This document shows positions 21,335 through 31,639 of a DNA stretch of 64,000 bases, one piece after another. Source of the DNA: Minisyncoccota bacterium (lineage in GTDB: Bacteria > Patescibacteriota > Minisyncoccia > Phycocordibacterales > UBA918); contig JAIPIB010000004.1 of NCBI GenBank assembly GCA_021734905.1, positions 6,743 to 70,742 of the forward strand. The letters are read 5' to 3'. The first letter of the stretch is position 1. Each line of letters opens with the position of its first letter. The notes under the pieces are model-generated. The model had not been told where the DNA came from. It searched no databases and saw only the letters and a program-made list of their open reading frames with translations. The position numbers were made by a program, and so were the translations under genes.

Positions 21335-21369
21335 AAAAACCCTGCGAGCCTTTGGCTCGCAGGGTTTTT
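21335..21369. terminator. Bidirectional intrinsic terminator
   Basis: AAAAACCCTGCGAGCC-TTT-GGCTCGCAGGGTTTTT between convergent genes. Confidence 0.8.
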
Positions 21370-21378
21370 ATTAAGTTC

Positions 21379-22905
21379 TTACGTCTTTACCCTAAAGTGC
21401 AAAGCTTCAAGCACATGTGTTTCTTTCAATTCGTCCGAATCCTCGAGGTCGGCTATAGTGCGCGCAACTTTAATAAGGCGATGATAGCTTCTTGGCGAGA
21501 GCTGAAGTTTTTGTGCTGATTGTTTGAGGAGCTCACTTACACTCTTGCCCAACTCAATACATTCTTCTATATCTCTCGCTGACATTTCGCCGTTTGTTGA
21601 TATCCCTCTACTGGTAAAGCGGATGCGCTCACGTTCACGGGCTCGAAGAATTCTGGCTCGGATCTCTTCAGTCTCATTCCGCTCTGATGTAGTGGTAGGA
21701 TCGCGTTTTTCAACAAGTGTTTCAAAATCGACATGAGGAACCTGAAGCCAAAGGTCAATGCGATCGAGGATTGGTCCTGAGATTTTGTTTTTGTACGTTT
21801 CAAGCATTTGTGCGGCGTAGTCATTGCCCGCATCTCCTCCTCGACTTGGATTCATTGCAGCAACAAGAATGAAGTCTGCTGGAAATATTGCTGTTGAATG
21901 AACGCGAGAAATTGACACCACTCGATCTTCAAGAGGTTGCCTGAGTGCGTCAATTGCACGTCTCTCAAACTCGGGAAATTCATCGAGAAAGAGTACTCCA
22001 TGATGTGCGAGCGTTACTTCACCTGGCTTTGGATGAGTTCCTCCTCCAACAAGGGCTGTGTAGGAAGCAGTGTGATGAGGAGATCGAAACGGAGGACGTG
22101 AAGAGACACCATTTCCAGTGCCAGCGACAGAGTGGATCGATGTGACTTCAAGCGCTTCATCTACCGAGAGTGGAGGAAGAATGCCTTGAAAAGCTCTAGC
22201 GAGCATCGTCTTCCCAGTGCCAGGTGGCCCGACCATTATGATGTTGTGTCGCCCTGCTGCAGCGATCATGAGTCCGCGTTTCGCAGATTCCTGCCCACGA
22301 ATATCTTCAAGACGAACAGTGGCATCATCCCAGAGAGTTGGAATTTGTGTCGGCGGCTCAGGCTCCTTGAGTACGTGGCCATCACGATGGGTGTCGATAT
22401 GCGAGATAACTTCCGACAGTGATCGTGCGGCAATAACTCGTATCCCTGGTATGAGAGCAGACTCCTCTCTGTTTTCGTACGGAACAATAATTTCAGAAAA
22501 ACCTTTGTCGCGTGCAGTTCGCACGATAGGAAGAACACCTCGAATCGGGCGCAATGCACCATCAAGGCCAAGCTCACCAATAAAAATAGTTTTTTCAATC
22601 TGAGCCTCGATTGAGCCTGAAGAAATGAGATAAGAAATTGCCATTGGAAGATCGAACAGCGGGCCGTCTTTTTTTAGGTCTGCTGGGGCAAGAGAAATAA
22701 TTACTCGATGGTTCTGACTCTTTGGCGATTTAAATCCAGAATTTTTTATAGCACTATTTACTCTGTCACGAGCTTCTTCGATTGCTTTTCCCGGGAGACC
22801 AACAACTGCAAATGAAAACAGACCTCGAGAGAGATCTGTTTCGATAGTGACAACGTCGGCTCCGATGAGTGATGGTTGTGCTGCGTATACTCGTGCAATG
22901 TTCAT
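21379..22905 (-). CDS. comM: ComM/YifB Mg-chelatase-like AAA+ ATPase
   Basis: LAPADLKK.G..FDLP, GPPGTGKTM, PFRSPHH, LAH.GVLFLDEFPEF, ARTIADL. Confidence 0.93.
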   Translation of the reverse strand: MNIARVYAAQPSLIGADVVTIETDLSRGLFSFAVVGLPGKAIEEARDRVNSAIKNSGFKSPKSQNHRVIISLAPADLKKDGPLFDLPMAISYLISSGSIEAQIEKTIFIGELGLDGALRPIRGVLPIVRTARDKGFSEIIVPYENREESALIPGIRVIAARSLSEVISHIDTHRDGHVLKEPEPPTQIPTLWDDATVRLEDIRGQESAKRGLMIAAAGRHNIIMVGPPGTGKTMLARAFQGILPPLSVDEALEVTSIHSVAGTGNGVSSRPPFRSPHHTASYTALVGGGTHPKPGEVTLAHHGVLFLDEFPEFERRAIDALRQPLEDRVVSISRVHSTAIFPADFILVAAMNPSRGGDAGNDYAAQMLETYKNKISGPILDRIDLWLQVPHVDFETLVEKRDPTTTSERNETEEIRARILRARERERIRFTSRGISTNGEMSARDIEECIELGKSVSELLKQSAQKLQLSPRSYHRLIKVARTIADLEDSDELKETHVLEALHFRVKT

Positions 22906-22908
22906 AGG

Positions 22909-23277
22909 TTAGATAGTGTGAGTATCATTGAGATGTGCAATGCAAGTGCGTGCGCTTGGGTTTGCATCAAGGCGAGCTTCCTCGATTGGATTTTCACACG
23001 TCTCGCAAAGACCAAATGTTTTTGTATCGATGCGAGCGAGAGCTGCGACAATATTATTGTAGCGGGGCTCGAGTGTTGCGATAAGTGCTCGACGTTCATT
23101 CCACTCTTCAACCGCATCCGCTGCAAGATTGGCATCAGGTTCTTCTGCATCAAGTTCTTCGGGGACAGCTATCCAGTCTTGAGGGTTATCGGGATTGTGT
23201 ATACCAATAGATTTGAGTTCTTCAGCAAGCTCTGTTTTCATCTGTTCTAGACGGACTTTATATATATCAATTTCCAT
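22909..23277 (-). CDS. DksA/TraR C4-type zinc-finger protein
   Basis: AL.RI...FG.CE.C..PI...RL.A.P.ARTC..H. Confidence 0.85.
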   Translation of the reverse strand: MEIDIYKVRLEQMKTELAEELKSIGIHNPDNPQDWIAVPEELDAEEPDANLAADAVEEWNERRALIATLEPRYNNIVAALARIDTKTFGLCETCENPIEEARLDANPSARTCIAHLNDTHTI

Positions 23278-23310
23278 AATACAAAAAGTATACCATGGAC
23301 AAATGTACCG

Positions 23311-25203
23311 TTAAAAATTTTGAAGAAGCTTCGAGAGGGCGTTTGAGGAGCTTGTGAGAATAACAGTATTTTGGTTTATAAATGCAGAAAGAAGGATTTC
23401 ATTACCAAATGTGTCTTTAAGAATTCGAATCGACTTATTATTTTGTACAGCATCGACAAAGTTTGAAGCTGGCACTTTGTCTGACATAAAGAGAGGTCGT
23501 AGATCTTCATAGAGGTATTGTTCCCATGCGAGCAATCCAGAAAAAAGAACATCAAAATTGTACGATCGTAGCACGACGTAGGGCTCATTTTTAGTAGTCA
23601 TAACAGACCCAATCATAAAATTTTCATCGAACGAATCCAGAGTTTTCAAAGGAAGTCTTGCATCGAGAAAGACAAGGACCTCTTCCGTTGTTGCTAGACG
23701 GTGTGTGTTTTCGTCTGAAATTACTGGATATAGTTGTGTCGTTTCGGCTTGGGCATTCTGAATTGAAGATGTGAGTAGTGTGAGGAAGTTTTCCCGCGAG
23801 TCTTTTAATTGAATCGAAGTTTGGATTTTTGTTTTGAAGAACTGGGAAACAACAATTTCAGTTTCTGAAACTTGGGATGACGATGAATCACTTGTGCTTC
23901 GTACAAAGAAAAAAGTAAGTAGGGCAAGTATCACGCCAAGTACTGCTACACCAAGGAGAATGAGCCATTTGGCGAGTGACCCAACACCAGCTTTTTGAGG
24001 TATGGAGGACGATGCATCTTTTCCAAGGGAAGTAGTCGGTGTTTTTTGTGTAGTGTGTTCTGCAGGATTTTGCCGATCAACACCGCGGAACATTGCTTGT
24101 GAGGAGCGATGGTATTCAACTTCGGAAGTTGTCGTTGAGGGTTGTTGAGGTGTTGCGAGTTTGTCCGCAATGTGTTCCACGGGTTCACGCGATTTTTGTG
24201 GTTCAGATTCTTCGATTGCTGCGTAACCGTGTTTCGGCTGGTTAGGTGCTAGCGGGGCAACTGACGAAGGGGATGTAGAAACAAGTTCTTTCTGCGAATC
24301 CCGAGCTTCTCGTTTGTACGGAGGATTCGTTTTTACATTATTTTGTGAACTCGGGTATTTTTTTTGTCCAGAATTACCAGTGTCGCGTTTAATAACAGGA
24401 GCAACCATTTCTTTACGGAAATCGACTGACTCAATTTTCGGCGCGGGAGTTATTTGGTTTTCCTGAGGTTTCCCTTCAGCTTCAATAGGAAGATCAAGAG
24501 GGATCTTTTCAGAAGAACTTTCTTGAATTTTCACATCGGGTTGTCCCCCTTGGAGTTGAGCAACATCACTCGAGTATGTTCGCATTTTCTGGATAATCGG
24601 AGTTGATTGTTTGGAGACGATATGGTCTGTCGTCTCAGGTTCAGGAGGTTGAGGTTTTTCTACAACATGCGTCCATGCGGCTTTCTTTTTCTCGAGTTCT
24701 TTTTTTATGACAAGCGGTACAGGCGTCGCGGGAGAGAGACCCTCAGATACTTTTTTGAGTTTTTCAGCAATATGCTCATGGTCATCTTTTGGAACTTGCC
24801 TTGTGTGAGTTGAGGCTTCTTTGATTGTGTCGATCCGAGTTTCTGCTTTCTCAATCACCGGTTCTTCATGGTGACGTATCTCCTCAACAGTTTCAAGTGT
24901 CCCTTCTAATTTTTTTTGGGTATGACCCCACCACTCTGAAAATGCCTCATGGAGATTCTTGCCAAGCGATTGTCGCTGTCCGCGTTTATCCGAGACTATC
25001 GTACCCGTTTCCGTACCATCACTTTTATACGCTTTTGTGACATTAAAGACATCGTCATGGTTAGTGAGGTGAGAGTTTCCTGTTCCGGATTTTTCAGCAG
25101 CTCCAGACTCTTCCGCAGGAGTTGGAATATTGCTAAACGTAATTCCAAGACGGTCGTCTTCTTTAGGGGGGATGCTGGATTGTTTGTCGGAGTCTGTATT
25201 CAT
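23311..25203 (-). CDS. Hypothetical single-pass membrane protein with long disordered N-terminus
   Basis: Pro/Ser/Glu-rich N-terminus, one TM, globular C-terminal domain. Confidence 0.7.
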   Translation of the reverse strand: MNTDSDKQSSIPPKEDDRLGITFSNIPTPAEESGAAEKSGTGNSHLTNHDDVFNVTKAYKSDGTETGTIVSDKRGQRQSLGKNLHEAFSEWWGHTQKKLEGTLETVEEIRHHEEPVIEKAETRIDTIKEASTHTRQVPKDDHEHIAEKLKKVSEGLSPATPVPLVIKKELEKKKAAWTHVVEKPQPPEPETTDHIVSKQSTPIIQKMRTYSSDVAQLQGGQPDVKIQESSSEKIPLDLPIEAEGKPQENQITPAPKIESVDFRKEMVAPVIKRDTGNSGQKKYPSSQNNVKTNPPYKREARDSQKELVSTSPSSVAPLAPNQPKHGYAAIEESEPQKSREPVEHIADKLATPQQPSTTTSEVEYHRSSQAMFRGVDRQNPAEHTTQKTPTTSLGKDASSSIPQKAGVGSLAKWLILLGVAVLGVILALLTFFFVRSTSDSSSSQVSETEIVVSQFFKTKIQTSIQLKDSRENFLTLLTSSIQNAQAETTQLYPVISDENTHRLATTEEVLVFLDARLPLKTLDSFDENFMIGSVMTTKNEPYVVLRSYNFDVLFSGLLAWEQYLYEDLRPLFMSDKVPASNFVDAVQNNKSIRILKDTFGNEILLSAFINQNTVILTSSSNALSKLLQNF

Positions 25204-25301
25204 ACAAGGTAATAGTACTATACGAAACTATTCTTGCTAGGGGTACTGGAGGAATTAAAAAATACCCGCACGATTATGCGGGTATTTTTTTGTAACGAAA
25301 G

Positions 25302-27437
25302 TTATTTTTTCTCAGGAGCTTTGAGTCCACGTTTTCGCGCAAATTCTGGGTCTGCTTTTTTTATAGAGAGACCAATTTTTCCATCTTCAACTTTTGACAC
25401 AATAACATCAACACGATCACCAACCGCAAGAATTCCGTCAAGATTTTCAAGTCGCCATGGCACAATTTCTGATATATGAATGAGACCTTCGTTTTGACCA
25501 GTCAATCTTGCGAAAGCACCGAAGGTTGCAACACGAGTAATTTCAGCATTGAAGCGTTCTCCAATCTCAAACACTTTTGTAAGGTCAGCGATACGAGTGC
25601 GCGCTAGTTCTGGAGCATCACCCTTTCCTGTTATGTAGACTGTCCCGTCATCTTCGATGGTGATTTCGTCAACACCAGTTTCATCCTTAATACCATTAAT
25701 AGTTTTCCCTCCCCCACCAATGACGAGTCCTATTTGGTCAGGTAAAATTTGCATAACGATAATTTTAGGAGCTCGCGGTGAAATATCTGCACGGTGAGTT
25801 TGAATCTCAGCTTCCATAACATCAAGAATATGCATTCGAGCTAGGCGAGCTTTTTCAAGTGCTTCTCGAAGGATTTTTACTGGGATTCCACCGACTTTTA
25901 CGTCCATCTGAATTGCGGTGATTCCCTCTCGTGTTCCTGCAACTTTGAAGTCCATGTCGCCATGTTCGTCCTCAGGACCTTGGATGTCAGTAATGAGTTG
26001 GTAGGTTTCATGATTTTCCATCATGAGCCCTGAAGCGATACCTGCAACAGGTCGTGTTATCGGCACACCACCATCCATAAGTGCAAGCGTTGAAGCGCAA
26101 ACAGAACCCATTGAGCTTGAACCATTTGACGCCATTGTTTCAGAGACCAATCGAATCGTGTACGGGAAAGACGTTTTTGATGGAATAACAGCAGCAAGCG
26201 CTTTTTCAGCAAGCGCACCATGCCCGATCATCCGACGGTTCGTCCCACCAATTCGCCCAGTTTCTCCCACTGAGAAAGGCGGGAAGTTGTAATGATGCAT
26301 AAAATTTTTCTTGGTACCATTTTCTTCAATAGAGTCGAGTATTTGTGAATCATCTGGGCCACCAAGTGTTAGTGCGGCAAATATGTGTGTCTCCCCTCTG
26401 TAGAAAATACCACTCCCGTGAAGTGCTGGTGAAATTCCTCCTGCTTGAGCGAAGAGTGAACGGACATCATCCATTCCTCGTCCATCAGGGCGAACTTTCT
26501 CATGAATCGTGCCATGGTGGAGTGTTTCATCGATAGCGTGCTCGTAGTATTCGCTTGCAAGTCCGGTATCCTCATCAGGCAGCTCCTCTTTAAGTAGAGC
26601 AAGCCATGTATCTTTGAGTTCATAAAGGTGCACTTTCCCTGAACGGTTTGAAAAAAGCACTTCTTTCAATTTTGCTGCAATGTTGTTTGTAAAGAGAGCA
26701 AGAGCTCCATCACTAAGTGATGGAAGTGAGAGGTCTCGTTTTATTTTGCCAATTTCAGTGATGATGTTCTTTTGGAACACCTCAAGTTGTTCGTTTATAA
26801 GAAGTGCCTGATCGAGAGCGTTACCTATTTCGTCTTCTGATATTTCGAAACCGGCGGACTCAATCATGTTGACTTTTTTTTCTTGTCCGCAAACTAGAAC
26901 CTCATAAGAAAGAAGTCCTGTTGCTCGTTCTAAATATGTTGGGTTAATGATTATTCCACCAGTTTCGATTGATTTCCCAATACGAACAGCACCGATAGGG
27001 CCTGCCCATGGAATGTCTGAGACTCCAAGCGCTAGTGATGCACCAATGATGCTGAGAACATCAGGGTCATCTTCTCCAGCACTTAAGACCGTTGCAATTA
27101 CTTGTATTTCGTTACGGAGAGCGTGGTTAAAAAGTGGACGAACGGTTCGATCAATCATGCGTGCAGAAAGCACAGCCCCGTCGCTTGGTCGCCCTTCTCT
27201 TCGCTGAAATCTGCTCCCTAGAATTTGCCCCGTCGCATAAAATTTTTCCTCAAATTCTACAGAAAGTGGAAAATATGACATTCCACTCGCACTACGACTA
27301 CTCATAACGGCGGTAACTAAAACGACAGTCTCACCCATAGTGATCATGACTGAACCATGTGCCTGATTAGTAAGATCTGTAAAATTTGCAGTCAACGTCT
27401 TTCCAGCGATTTCGATACTATATGATTTTTTCTCCAT
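25302..27437 (-). CDS. pnp: Polyribonucleotide nucleotidyltransferase
   Basis: RREGRP, HYNFPPFSVGE, SNGSSSM, GDMDFKVAG, KH and S1 domains. Confidence 0.97.
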   Translation of the reverse strand: MEKKSYSIEIAGKTLTANFTDLTNQAHGSVMITMGETVVLVTAVMSSRSASGMSYFPLSVEFEEKFYATGQILGSRFQRREGRPSDGAVLSARMIDRTVRPLFNHALRNEIQVIATVLSAGEDDPDVLSIIGASLALGVSDIPWAGPIGAVRIGKSIETGGIIINPTYLERATGLLSYEVLVCGQEKKVNMIESAGFEISEDEIGNALDQALLINEQLEVFQKNIITEIGKIKRDLSLPSLSDGALALFTNNIAAKLKEVLFSNRSGKVHLYELKDTWLALLKEELPDEDTGLASEYYEHAIDETLHHGTIHEKVRPDGRGMDDVRSLFAQAGGISPALHGSGIFYRGETHIFAALTLGGPDDSQILDSIEENGTKKNFMHHYNFPPFSVGETGRIGGTNRRMIGHGALAEKALAAVIPSKTSFPYTIRLVSETMASNGSSSMGSVCASTLALMDGGVPITRPVAGIASGLMMENHETYQLITDIQGPEDEHGDMDFKVAGTREGITAIQMDVKVGGIPVKILREALEKARLARMHILDVMEAEIQTHRADISPRAPKIIVMQILPDQIGLVIGGGGKTINGIKDETGVDEITIEDDGTVYITGKGDAPELARTRIADLTKVFEIGERFNAEITRVATFGAFARLTGQNEGLIHISEIVPWRLENLDGILAVGDRVDVIVSKVEDGKIGLSIKKADPEFARKRGLKAPEKK

Positions 27438-27619
27438 ATAACTTCATGATGGTTGCGAGCGATCCAGATTTCAGATTTCAAACAGCATTGAAGCTTGAAA
27501 TCCACCTATCTGCATCGCTCATGAATAATGTGCACAGTGTAGCAAAACCTATCAAAAAAAACACCTATCGAGATACGGTCTCGATAGGTGTTTTTTAACG
27601 CTATACAAAGGACGAATAA

Positions 27620-28189
27620 TTAATCGTCGTCTGTATCAGTGCCGACAATTTTTCGAATTTGTTTACGAAGGCGATTGTTTCCCTTTAGTCCAATCAGAAA
27701 TTGACTTGGAGTATCATCCATATCAATAAAGTCGTCAACACATTCTTTAAGTCGTGATGAACTCGATTTTCCAAATGCAATACACTCAACCTGACACCCT
27801 TGTGATTTTACGTATTCAACGAGAGGAACGAAGTCCCCGTCTCCTGTTGCGATTATGATTGAATCAACTTTGTTTGAATGCTTAATAGCATCAACAGCAA
27901 GGCCGACGTCCCAGTCTGCTTTTTTGGCACCGCCAAAAAATATTTGAAGGTCCTTCGTTTTTACTTCGATACCGATTTTTTCAAGGGCTTCGAAAAACGA
28001 CTGTTCCTCACCGCTCTCTGTGGTAACAACATAGGCTATTGCTCGTACGAGTTTTCTATCTCCAAGTGCAGCTTTAACGACCGCATCAAAGTTAACCTTT
28101 GCTCGGTATATGTTTTTCGCACAGTGGTAGAGGTTCTGTGTATCGATAAAAATAGCGACACGTTGTTCTTTATGTTTTATAACTGACAT
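27620..28189 (-). CDS. NYN-domain (LabA/DUF88) nuclease
   Basis: IFIDTQN, KADWDVGLAVD, TGDGDFVP, G..V..I.F. Confidence 0.88.
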   Translation of the reverse strand: MSVIKHKEQRVAIFIDTQNLYHCAKNIYRAKVNFDAVVKAALGDRKLVRAIAYVVTTESGEEQSFFEALEKIGIEVKTKDLQIFFGGAKKADWDVGLAVDAIKHSNKVDSIIIATGDGDFVPLVEYVKSQGCQVECIAFGKSSSSRLKECVDDFIDMDDTPSQFLIGLKGNNRLRKQIRKIVGTDTDDD

Positions 28190-28323
28190 GTTATTCGGGA
28201 CTATTGTATATAAAAATGTACATTCACTTCACAGCTTCTCTTAATTAGTATAGCAGAAATAGCAGCGTGAAGAGAAACACGCACATTCCTTTTAGGAATG
28301 TGCGTGTTTCGAGTTCCTCGCAA

Positions 28324-28590
28324 TTACTTCTTGAGATTGAGTTTCTTGAGGAGAGACTTATACGCCTTCTCATCATGTAGTGCAAGATACTTAAGATGCT
28401 TGCGTCTATCAGCAACCATTTGAAGTAGACCTCGACGAGAATGAAAATCTTTCAGATTCTTTTTGAGGTGCTTCGAAAGTTCGTCTATCTGCTTTGTGAG
28501 AATAGCAACCTGCGCTTCAGGCGAGCCTGTATCGCTGTCATGCCGACGAACTTCCTTTATTACGTTTTCTTTCTTTCGTTTTGTAAGCAT
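28324..28590 (-). CDS. rpsO: 30S ribosomal protein S15
   Basis: HDSDTGSPEAQVAILT, KDFHSRRGLL. Confidence 0.98.
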   Translation of the reverse strand: MLTKRKKENVIKEVRRHDSDTGSPEAQVAILTKQIDELSKHLKKNLKDFHSRRGLLQMVADRRKHLKYLALHDEKAYKSLLKKLNLKK

Positions 28591-28604
28591 AATGTTTTAA
28601 AAAT

Positions 28605-28635
28605 GCGCCTCAATGTGTAGATAGCACACGGACGC
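28605..28635 (-). promoter_or_regulatory. Hairpin in the rpsO leader; candidate S15 autoregulatory site
   Basis: Minus strand GCGTC-CGTGTG...CACATT-GAGGCGC stem about 15 nt before the ATG. Confidence 0.35.
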
Positions 28636-28710
28636 TATTAAATCGTAACCTGCGAAGGTTATAACTACTCTACCACAGATTGACATATTTTGCAAGCTCT
28701 GCTCTAGTCA

Positions 28711-28992
28711 TCATTCATGAGCAGAAAGAGTGGATTTTCTCACCACAATATAGGTTCCAACCCATGAGCCCATAGCGAGAGGTACTATATAGAGGTAGTT
28801 TTGCACGTAGTTAAGAACCCCAAATGCGAGGAGAAAGTGCATGAGTGCCCCGGTTGTTGCGGCTTGAAATGGTCTTTTCCCAGCCACAGCGAGTGTGTAG
28901 TGAGCGTACATACCATCAATGATTATGTAAACAACAAAAATGAGAAATGCTGTTGTGATTTGAAGCTCTTGCCAATGCAAACCAATATCCAT
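28711..28992 (-). CDS. Small membrane protein
   Basis: 93 aa, three hydrophobic segments. Confidence 0.65.
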   Translation of the reverse strand: MDIGLHWQELQITTAFLIFVVYIIIDGMYAHYTLAVAGKRPFQAATTGALMHFLLAFGVLNYVQNYLYIVPLAMGSWVGTYIVVRKSTLSAHE

Positions 28993-29063
28993 GAATAAAA
29001 TTATACACGATTCCGTAGGCGCATTCTGTTATTGTGCGACACTCCTCATGTACTATATATAGT

Positions 29064-29990
29064 ATGAAACTATCTGAGCTCAAACGAGAATTTCTTGAGT
29101 ACTTAGAAATCGAAAAAGGACGAAGTATTCTTACGATTTCAAATTACGATAGATACTTGGCTCGGTTTTTGACGTATGCAAATACAGAAGATCCCCAAAA
29201 ACTCACGGAGCAGACTGTTAGAGAATATCGTCTCTGGCTTAATAGACAGCCTGGGACAAAAACAGGACGTCAGATTGATACTTTAAAACGAAAAACGCAA
29301 AACTACTACCTCATTGCACTCCGCGCATTCCTTAAGTACCTCCGAAAGCGGAGTATTGAATCACTTAACCCAGAACTTATTGAACTTGCGAAAGTTCCTG
29401 ATAGATCACTTGATCTCATCTCCACACAAGAACTTAACCGACTTATGGATGCGCCTGATGTAAACACTACTCGGGGACTTCGTGACCATGCCATACTCGA
29501 GCTTCTTTTTTCAACAGGGCTTCGTGTTTCTGAATTATGTTCGTTATCACAAGAGGATGTCGATCTTTCGCGAGATGAGTTTTCTGTTCGAGGAAAAGGA
29601 GACAAGGTTCGCGTCGTCTTTCTTTCTGACACAGCACGTAATGCAATCAAAGAATATTTGAAAGTGCGAAAGGACTTTGACGATGCAATGTTTGTTCAGT
29701 ATGGAAAAAATAGTAAAAAAGAGGAAGTGAAAAACAAAGACCTGCGACTTACTCCACGAAGTGTGCAACGTATTATTAAACAGTACGCAACGATTGCTGG
29801 CATTACGCGGAAAGTAACCCCGCATGTTATTCGACACTCTTTCGCCACTGACCTTCTCAGTAATGGCGCTGATATTCGTTCGGTGCAGGCGCTCCTCGGA
29901 CACGCCAATATTGCAACGACGCAAATATACACCCATGTCACTGACAAACACCTCCGCGACATCCACAAGAAATTTCATTCGCGGGGGTAA
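29064..29990 (+). CDS. XerC/XerD-like tyrosine recombinase
   Basis: RDHAILELLFSTGLRVSEL, VTPHVIRHSFAT, VQALLGH...TTQIYTHV (R-H-R-H-Y). ATG at 29064 preferred. Confidence 0.92.
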   Translation: MKLSELKREFLEYLEIEKGRSILTISNYDRYLARFLTYANTEDPQKLTEQTVREYRLWLNRQPGTKTGRQIDTLKRKTQNYYLIALRAFLKYLRKRSIESLNPELIELAKVPDRSLDLISTQELNRLMDAPDVNTTRGLRDHAILELLFSTGLRVSELCSLSQEDVDLSRDEFSVRGKGDKVRVVFLSDTARNAIKEYLKVRKDFDDAMFVQYGKNSKKEEVKNKDLRLTPRSVQRIIKQYATIAGITRKVTPHVIRHSFATDLLSNGADIRSVQALLGHANIATTQIYTHVTDKHLRDIHKKFHSRG

Positions 29991-30130
29991 GTACTATTTT
30001 AAAAAATCCGCGCATGACTTTGTTATAAGTAGGTTTTGTTGACCAAATGAGTCCTTCAGAGTACTCTTCTCCCCAGATTACATAGTTCATTTCGGGCTGT
30101 GATCTTCGACAACTTTCGAGGAGTAATTCC

Positions 30131-31558
30131 ATGAAATATATATCAACCCGTGGAGGAGGAGAACCGAAGTCATTTTGTGACATTCTCCTCGGAGGACTGG
30201 CACCAGATGGAGGTCTTTATCTGCCAGAGACATATCCACGAGTAACAAAAGAAATGCTCACAGAATGGCGCAAACTTTCGTACGCAAAGCTTGCGTTTCG
30301 AATCTTCTCGCTCTTCATCGATGACATTCCGCGAAGAGACCTGTGGGCAATTTGCAGGAAGACGTACACGTCCGATGTCTACCAGTACTGTCGAGAAGGA
30401 TGCAATCCTGCAGACATCACGCCACTCGTTACGCTCGAACCGTGGCTCCATCTTTTGGAACTTTCGAACGGGCCGACACTGGCCTTCAAAGACATTGCCT
30501 TGCAACTTTTGGGCAATCTGTTCGAGTACGAGCTCGGGCGGCGTGGTGAGGTCATGAACATCCTCGGTGCGACATCGGGGGATACGGGTTCGGCGGCAGA
30601 GTATGCAATGCTCGGCAAGAAGGGTGTCAAGGTCTTCATGCTTTCGCCAGAGGGAAAGATGAGTGCCTTTCAACGGGCACAGATGTACTCACTTCAAGAT
30701 CCCAACATCCTCAACCTTGCCGTCCGTGGCATGTTTGATGATGCACAGGATATCGTGAAGGCGGTCTCTGACGATGCCGAGTTCAAGGCAAGGTACAAAA
30801 TCGCTGCGGTGAACTCCATCAATTGGGCTCGCGTCATGGCGCAAATTGTCTACTACTTCAAGGGATATTTTTCCGCGACAAAAAGCAATGACGAGTTTGT
30901 CAATTTTGCGGTTCCGACCGGAAACTTCGGCAATATCTGTGCAGGGCATATCGCACGCATGATGGGACTTCCAATCAAACGTTTGATTCTCGCAACCAAC
31001 GAGAATGACGTTCTCGACGAGTTTTTCCGCACCGGTATGTATCGGCCGAGAAGCTCCGCGAATACGCTCGTCACATCGAGTCCATCGATGGACATCTCGA
31101 AGGCCTCCAACTTCGAGCGGTTCGTCTTTGATTTTGTCGGGAGAGACTCCGACATTGTGTGGAGTCTTTGGCATTCGCTCGGTACTCAAGGATCGTTCGA
31201 TCTCGTGGGAGTCACTCGAAATGATGTTCAGGATTTCGGTTTCGTGTCCGGGGTAAGTACTCACGCCGACCGCCTTGCCACGATTCGCTCGGTGTGGGAA
31301 ACCTACGGCATCATGATTGACACGCACACCGCCGACGCACTCGCCGTTGCACGGCGCCTTCGTCGCCCAGGCGACAACATCGTCGCCCTCGAGACGGCAC
31401 AAGCCATGAAGTTCGAAGAAGCGATTAGTGAGGCTCTCGGTAGTAACCCCGGGCGCAGGCATTCGGATTTCGTCGGTATTGAAAAGCTTCCTCAACGTGT
31501 CGTGGTTATCCCCGCAAGTTCTGCAGAAGTAAAGTCGTACATTGCGAGTAACACCTGA
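30131..31558 (+). CDS. thrC: Threonine synthase
   Basis: MKYISTRG, GLAPDGGLY, GPTLAFKD (PLP Lys), ATSGDTGSAA, NSINWAR, VPTGNFGN, SPSMDI. Confidence 0.95.
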   Translation: MKYISTRGGGEPKSFCDILLGGLAPDGGLYLPETYPRVTKEMLTEWRKLSYAKLAFRIFSLFIDDIPRRDLWAICRKTYTSDVYQYCREGCNPADITPLVTLEPWLHLLELSNGPTLAFKDIALQLLGNLFEYELGRRGEVMNILGATSGDTGSAAEYAMLGKKGVKVFMLSPEGKMSAFQRAQMYSLQDPNILNLAVRGMFDDAQDIVKAVSDDAEFKARYKIAAVNSINWARVMAQIVYYFKGYFSATKSNDEFVNFAVPTGNFGNICAGHIARMMGLPIKRLILATNENDVLDEFFRTGMYRPRSSANTLVTSSPSMDISKASNFERFVFDFVGRDSDIVWSLWHSLGTQGSFDLVGVTRNDVQDFGFVSGVSTHADRLATIRSVWETYGIMIDTHTADALAVARRLRRPGDNIVALETAQAMKFEEAISEALGSNPGRRHSDFVGIEKLPQRVVVIPASSAEVKSYIASNT

Positions 31559-31639
31559 TTTGTTTTGGGTACAGTTCCCAGTTCAAAAAGCCTGCAACGC
31601 ATTGCGTTGCAGGCTTTCTTTTTTAATACGAAATTTAGA

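Noticed and set aside
29064-29990. Xer recombinase as a prophage, island or integron integrase
   Set aside because: It looks like a housekeeping XerC/D with no IntI-specific insertion. There are no phage genes, att repeats or attC sites beside it, and no dif site was recognised.
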